64,000 bases of DNA from an uncultured delta proteobacterium (GTDB taxonomy: Bacteria > Desulfobacterota > Desulfobaccia > Desulfobaccales > 0-14-0-80-60-11), in NCBI GenBank assembly GCA_963812015.1, contig CAWETI010000003.1, positions 576,001 through 640,000 on the forward strand, in the 5' to 3' direction. Below, in pieces: positions 59,290 through 64,000 of this stretch. Under the pieces are notes generated by a model, which saw nothing but the letters and a program-made list of their open reading frames with translations, did not search any database and was not told the DNA's origin. Numbering within the stretch: the first letter of the stretch is position 1; every line of letters begins with the position of its first letter. The position numbers and the translations under genes are program-made.

Positions 59290-60489
59290 ATGATCGCGCA
59301 CGTAAGTAAATGGGTTTTGCCAGTAGATCAGCCTCCCATCCGGGACGGGGCGGTGGTGGTGGCCGGGGACCGGATCGCCGCGGTGGGGCCCGCGGATGAA
59401 GTTTTGTCCGGGTTCACGGGGTTGATCTGCGAACACGGTCATGGCGCCATCCTGCCCGGGGTGGTGAACTGCCACGTCCATCTGGAGTTTTCCGCTCTGG
59501 CCGGGCGGGTGGCCCCCCGGGCGCGCTGGGAGGACTGGCTGGACGCCACCCTGGCGGCCTACGGGGCCCTGGCTCCGGAAGAGGTGGAGGCCGGTATCGG
59601 CCGGGGCATTGACGCCTTGTGGCGGAGCGGCGCGGTATTGGTGGGGGAGGTCACCAACACCGGGGCTTCCTGGCCGCACCTGGCGCGGGGTCCCTTGTCA
59701 TACCACCTGTTCTATGAGTGCCTGGGGTTCAACCTGCTGGAACGGTTTGATCTTCCGGAGTTATTTCCCTTTTTCGGCCGGCCCGAGGTCGCGGCCGCGG
59801 CCTGGGTTTCGGCCGCGGCCCATGCCCCTTATTCCGTGTCCGCCGCTTTATTCCGGGCCGTAGATCAGTGGAACGCCGTCCGACAGGGCCTCCAGATGGT
59901 GCACCTGGCGGAATCCCGGGCGGAATTGGACTTTCTGGCCAAGGGCAACGGGTTTTGCGAGGGCTTGCTGAAACGCCGGGGCCGCTGGGCGCCGGATTTT
60001 CAGCCTCCCGGGGTGAGCCCCCCGGCTTACCTCAACAGTCTGGAATTCCTGGGCTCCCGGACCCTAGCGGTCCATGGGGCCTGGCTCAATTCTGAGGATT
60101 GCGAGCTTTTAGCCGGCACCGGGACCTGGCTGGTGCTGTGCCCCCGGGCCAACCGGTACACCGGGGCCGGGATGCCGCCGGTGCCGGAGTTGCTCCAGGC
60201 GGGGGTGAACCTGTCCCTGGGCACCGACTCCCTGGCGGGCAACCGGGACCTGAATCTGTTCGGGGAAATGCTCTGGCTCCAGCAAAATTATCCCGCCTAC
60301 CCCGGGGATCTCTGGCTGCGCCTGGGGACCCTGAACGGCGCCCGGGCCCTGGGACGGGACCGGGACTTCGGCAGTCTGGAACCCGGGAAACACGCGGCCC
60401 TGGGATTCATTCCCCTGATGGAGAGCGGGGAATTTTGGGGCGAGCTGTTTAGGGCCGGGGCGGCGGGGAAGTGGCGCTGGCTGGGATGA
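59290..60489 (+). CDS. Amidohydrolase, probable aminofutalosine or 5'-deoxyadenosine/MTA deaminase
   Basis: NCHVHLE, HAPYS, HLAES, HG and LGTDS motifs; mqn context. Confidence 0.85.
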   Translation: MIAHVSKWVLPVDQPPIRDGAVVVAGDRIAAVGPADEVLSGFTGLICEHGHGAILPGVVNCHVHLEFSALAGRVAPRARWEDWLDATLAAYGALAPEEVEAGIGRGIDALWRSGAVLVGEVTNTGASWPHLARGPLSYHLFYECLGFNLLERFDLPELFPFFGRPEVAAAAWVSAAAHAPYSVSAALFRAVDQWNAVRQGLQMVHLAESRAELDFLAKGNGFCEGLLKRRGRWAPDFQPPGVSPPAYLNSLEFLGSRTLAVHGAWLNSEDCELLAGTGTWLVLCPRANRYTGAGMPPVPELLQAGVNLSLGTDSLAGNRDLNLFGEMLWLQQNYPAYPGDLWLRLGTLNGARALGRDRDFGSLEPGKHAALGFIPLMESGEFWGELFRAGAAGKWRWLG

Positions 60490-60509
60490 ACTGATAATGA
60501 GGCGGAAGG

Positions 60510-60538
60510 GTAGGGGCGGGTTTTAAACCCGCCCCTAC
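60510..60538. repeat. GTAG-type REP palindrome
   Basis: gtaggggcgggttt-t-aaacccgcccctac. Confidence 0.8.
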
Positions 60539-60610
60539 AGAACCACGGATCGATTATTTTAAGGCTACAACAATATTGACAGAGCGAACCATGGATAAAG
60601 GGAGACACCC

Positions 60611-61444
60611 ATGATGGCCAAGGCCCGATTGGGGCGCATTGCGTATCTCAACGTGCTGCCCATCTATTTCGCCCTGGAAAACCTCTTCGGCGAAAACGGC
60701 TTCCACCTGGTGCGGGGCACCCCGGCGGAGCTCAACGCCTTGATGCGCCGGGGCGAGGTGGACCTGGGCTCCATCTCCGCCATGGAATATGGCCGCGCCT
60801 GGCGGGATTATTTCCTGCTCCCCGACCTGTCCATCAGTTCCAAGGGGGCGGTGGGCAGCGTGCTCCTGTTCAGCCGGGTGCCGTTTTCCCGACTGGACGG
60901 GCGGACCATCCGGGTGAGCGCTGCTTCGGCCAGCGGCGCGGCGCTGGTCAAGGTCCTGATGGCCAAACTTTTTGAGGTGCAGCCCCGCTACGAACAGGGC
61001 CAACTGGCCGATGCTTCCCTTGCGGATGCTGCCGCAGTCATGGCCATCGGGGACGAGGCCTTGCGCCTGAAAGCCGCGGGGGCCATGCCCTTTGAATTGG
61101 ACCTGGGGAAGGCCTGGCAGGAACTCACCGGCCTGCCGTTCGTGTTCGGGGTCTGGGCCGTGCGCCGGGACTTTACCGCAGCTCACCCCGCGGACACCGC
61201 TATCCTGCACCGCCTGCTGCTCCGCTCCCGGGATTGGGGCCTGGGGTCGTTGGCGGAGTTGAGCCGGATCGCCGCGGCCCCCTTCGGCATGGCCCCGGCC
61301 CAAATTCTGGCGTATTTCCATCAGCTCAATTTCTTCCTGGGCCCGGAACACGAAGAAGGTCTGGCCACCTTCTTCCATTATCTGTATAACCTGGGGGAAT
61401 TGGACGAGGCGCCGCGGCTGGAGTATTTTGGGGGAGGGGGCTAA
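60611..61444 (+). CDS. mqnA: Chorismate dehydratase MqnA
   Basis: IAYLNVLP, PAELN, VGSVLL, IGDEAL and DLG..W...TGLPFVFGVW motifs. Confidence 0.9.
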   Translation: MMAKARLGRIAYLNVLPIYFALENLFGENGFHLVRGTPAELNALMRRGEVDLGSISAMEYGRAWRDYFLLPDLSISSKGAVGSVLLFSRVPFSRLDGRTIRVSAASASGAALVKVLMAKLFEVQPRYEQGQLADASLADAAAVMAIGDEALRLKAAGAMPFELDLGKAWQELTGLPFVFGVWAVRRDFTAAHPADTAILHRLLLRSRDWGLGSLAELSRIAAAPFGMAPAQILAYFHQLNFFLGPEHEEGLATFFHYLYNLGELDEAPRLEYFGGGG

Positions 61445-61558
61445 GGGCACCCGCCCTTACCCCCTCCCCCAATCCCCCTCCCCCAATCCCTTAAAGGGGG
61501 ATGGGAGGGGAGTTTGAGGGGAGGGTGGGGGACGCGAGTCCCCCACCCTCCCCTCAAA
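61426..61558. repeat. Full three-hairpin G/C-tract repeat overlapping the mqnA stop
   Basis: The last codons of mqnA (FGGGG*) are supplied by the repeat arm. Confidence 0.8.
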
Positions 61559-61576
61559 AACACCAAGGAAAACCAC

Positions 61577-63022
61577 ATGGGCTATCGAAACTTACAAGAT
61601 TTTATCGCCCGGCTGGAAAAGACCGGGGAGTTGGTGCGCATCAAGGAGCCGGTGAGCCCGTATCTTACCATCACCGAGATCACCGACCGGGTGTGCAAGG
61701 CCGGGGGGCCGGCCTTGTTGTTCGAGGAGGTGCCGGGCTACGACATGCCGGTGTTGATGAACGCCTTCGGGTCCATGCGGCGCATGTGTCTGGCGTTGGA
61801 GGTGGAGTCCCTGGACGACATCGCCACGGACCTCCTGAGCTTCATGGAGGCGGAAGCCAACACCCTGATGAAGAAGCTCAAACTCATTCCCAAACTGGCC
61901 CGCCTGGGCCGGATGTTCCCCAAAGAGGTGGGGAAAGCCCCGTGCCAGGAGGTTATCCTCACAGGCGAGGACGCGGATCTGGGCAAGGTGCCGGTCCTGA
62001 CCTGCTGGCCCGATGACGGCGGCCCCTTCATCACCCTGCCGGTGGTGTTCACCCATCATCCTGAGACCGGGCGGCGCAACGTGGGCATGTACCGCCTCCA
62101 GGTCTATGACGCCCGGACCACGGGCATGCACTGGCATGCCCATAAGGGCGGGGCCCAGCACTATCGGGTGGCGGAATCCCGGGGGGAGGCCCTGCCGGTG
62201 GCGGTGGCCATCGGGCCCGACCCCGCGGTGACCTATGCGGCCACTGCGCCCCTGCCGGAGGATATTGATGAGATCCTGTTCGCCGGGTTTCTCAGGGGAG
62301 AGCCGGTGGAGATGGCGCCCTGCGTCACCCAGCCCTTGAGCGTGCCGGCGGCATCCCAGATCGTTTTAGAGGGTTACGTTGAGCCGGGGGAGAGGCGGAC
62401 AGAAGGCCCCTTCGGCGACCACACCGGCTACTACTCCCTGGCGGATGACTACCCGGTGTTCCACCTCACCGCCATCACCCGGCGGCGGCACCCCGTTTAC
62501 CCCGCCACCATCGTGGGGCGCCCCCCCATGGAAGACTGCTTCATGGCCAAGGCCACGGAGCGTATCTTCTTCCCCCTGATGAAAAAGACGCTGCCGGAGA
62601 TGGTGGACCTCAACCTGCCGGTGGAAGGGGTCTTCCACAACCTGGCCTTTATCTCCATCGACAAGCGCTATCCCGGCCATGCCCGCAAGGTGATGCACGC
62701 CATCTGGGGGATGGGACAGATGATGTTCACCAAGATCATCATCATCTATGACCGGGACGTGGACGTGCAGGACCTGTCTCAGGTGCTGTGGCGGTTAGGG
62801 AACAACGTGGACCCGCGGCGGGACGTGGTGTTCGCCGACGGGCCGGTGGACGCCCTGGATCACGCCTCGCCCCTGCCCCGCTACGGCTCCAAGATGGGGA
62901 TCGACGCCACCCGGAAATGGCCTGAGGAAGGGTTCACCCGCCCCTGGCCCGAGGTGATTGTCATGGACCCGGAAATCAAACGCAAGGTGGATGAACTGTG
63001 GCCGCGCCTGGGGCTGGCATGA
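61577..63022 (+). CDS. UbiD-family menaquinone biosynthesis decarboxylase (MqnL-type)
   Basis: RNVGMYRLQ, EGPFGDHTGYY, GRPPMED and DALDHAS...GSKMGIDAT motifs. Confidence 0.93.
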   Translation: MGYRNLQDFIARLEKTGELVRIKEPVSPYLTITEITDRVCKAGGPALLFEEVPGYDMPVLMNAFGSMRRMCLALEVESLDDIATDLLSFMEAEANTLMKKLKLIPKLARLGRMFPKEVGKAPCQEVILTGEDADLGKVPVLTCWPDDGGPFITLPVVFTHHPETGRRNVGMYRLQVYDARTTGMHWHAHKGGAQHYRVAESRGEALPVAVAIGPDPAVTYAATAPLPEDIDEILFAGFLRGEPVEMAPCVTQPLSVPAASQIVLEGYVEPGERRTEGPFGDHTGYYSLADDYPVFHLTAITRRRHPVYPATIVGRPPMEDCFMAKATERIFFPLMKKTLPEMVDLNLPVEGVFHNLAFISIDKRYPGHARKVMHAIWGMGQMMFTKIIIIYDRDVDVQDLSQVLWRLGNNVDPRRDVVFADGPVDALDHASPLPRYGSKMGIDATRKWPEEGFTRPWPEVIVMDPEIKRKVDELWPRLGLA

Positions 63023-63624
63023 ACCGCTATGTGGTGGCCCTCACCGGGGCTTCGGGCATGATCTATGCCCGGGAGCTGTTGAGTTATTTTGCCGGCCGTC
63101 CGGACCTGGAATTGCACGCGGTGATCTCCGGGGCCGGGGAACAGGTGTTGGACCTGGAGTTGGGGCTCAAGCCGGCGGAGTTGGCCCCCGGGGCCATCTG
63201 GCACCGGGTGGATGACTTCACCTCAGGCCTGGCCAGCGGCTCTTTCCGGGCCCGGGCCATGGTGGTGGCGCCGTGCTCCATGGGCTCCCTGGGGGCCATC
63301 GCCCAGGGGGTGGGCCGCAACCTGATCCACCGGGCCGGTGAGGTCTTTCTCAAGGAGCGGCGGCCCCTAATTCTGGTGGTAAGAGAAACTCCTTTGAGCC
63401 TCATCCATCTGCGCAACCTGGTCCAGGCCTCGGAGGCGGGGGCCACCATCTTTCCGGCCTGTCCCGGTTTCTATCACCGGCCCCAAGATCTTACCGAACT
63501 GGCCCGCCAGTTTGCCGGGCGCATCCTGGATCACCTGGGGCTGGAGCACCGGTTGACCCGGCGCTGGGGGGAGGAGGAGAAAGCAGGGGTCAGGGGTCAG
63601 GGGTCAGGGGTCAGGGAAAAATAG
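63019..63624 (+). CDS. ubiX: Flavin prenyltransferase UbiX
   Basis: TGASG, ASGS, APCSMG, LKERR and RETPL motifs. Confidence 0.93.
   Translation: MNRYVVALTGASGMIYARELLSYFAGRPDLELHAVISGAGEQVLDLELGLKPAELAPGAIWHRVDDFTSGLASGSFRARAMVVAPCSMGSLGAIAQGVGRNLIHRAGEVFLKERRPLILVVRETPLSLIHLRNLVQASEAGATIFPACPGFYHRPQDLTELARQFAGRILDHLGLEHRLTRRWGEEEKAGVRGQGSGVREK
63584..63616 (+). repeat. Heptamer tandem repeat (CAGGGGT)x4.7 inside the ubiX 3' end
   Basis: Direct reading; encodes GVRGQGSGVRE. Confidence 0.85.
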
Positions 63625-63638
63625 AGTTTTTTGTAGCT

Positions 63639-64000
63639 ATGGGACGATTATTCCGCACTATCATTGAACTGTTGGAGATGATCAAGGTCGGCCACAGCGT
63701 CCTGGCCCTGCCCTTCGCCTTCATGGGGGCCGTGATGGCGGCTCGGGGTTTGCCGGACGGCCGGACCCTGTTCACCATCATGGTGGCCATGGTGGGGGCC
63801 CGGAGCGCCGCGATGGCCTTCAATCGCTTGGCGGACGCCCGCATTGACGCGGCCAATCCCCGTACCGCCGACCGGGCCCTGCCCGCGGGCAAGATCAGTC
63901 GGCGGGCCACCATTCTGTTCATCGGGGCGAGCGCCGTCCTCTTCATGGCGGCGGCGGCCCAACTCAACCGGGTCTGCTTCGCCCTGTCTCCCCTGGCCCT
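63639..64000 (+). CDS. UbiA-like polyprenyltransferase (MqnP-type), truncated by the window end
   Basis: LEMIK..HS.LALPFA and ARSAAMAFNRLADARIDAANPRT..RALP motifs; absent from the ORF track because no stop falls inside the window. Confidence 0.9.
   Translation, partial: MGRLFRTIIELLEMIKVGHSVLALPFAFMGAVMAARGLPDGRTLFTIMVAMVGARSAAMAFNRLADARIDAANPRTADRALPAGKISRRATILFIGASAVLFMAAAAQLNRVCFALSPLA

Overview
GC-rich bacterial chromosomal window. The gene content and style suggest an anaerobic Desulfobacterota/deltaproteobacterium; this is an inference. Most of it is housekeeping and metabolic: an MBOAT+SGNH O-acylation pair, panE, phoU, a divergent dnaA with no dnaN beside it, radA, a CCA/poly(A) nucleotidyltransferase, purA, pdxA, proC, nadC, valS and LPS/glycosyltransferases. 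It also carries a futalosine-pathway menaquinone cluster (mqnE-mqnC-PNP-like-deaminase-mqnA-ubiD-ubiX-ubiA) and a 2-oxoacid:ferredoxin oxidoreductase operon running directly into a catalytic-subunit-less NuoEFG/HydABC-like module. A sigma54-type operon encodes two long family-III CoA-transferase subunits plus two small Cys-rich proteins. There are three type II toxin-antitoxin pairs and two AT-rich accessory islets (about 13.9-16.8 kb and 21.7-24.0 kb). Intergenic DNA is crowded with palindromic repeats: GTAG-type REPs, a G-tract/C-tract hairpin family with at least 11 copies, MITE-like units and heptamer runs. No rRNA, tRNA or CRISPR array was recognised. The best leads are a degenerate 6-oxopurine phosphorylase at the position where MqnB would be expected, the CoA-transferase/mini Cys-protein operon, the POR plus bifurcating-type diaphorase operon, a REP-bracketed toxin/defence-like cassette, and a DNA-binding-domain-less MucR next to a displaced gene 3' end. 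All functional calls come from reading motifs by eye; no database searches were run.
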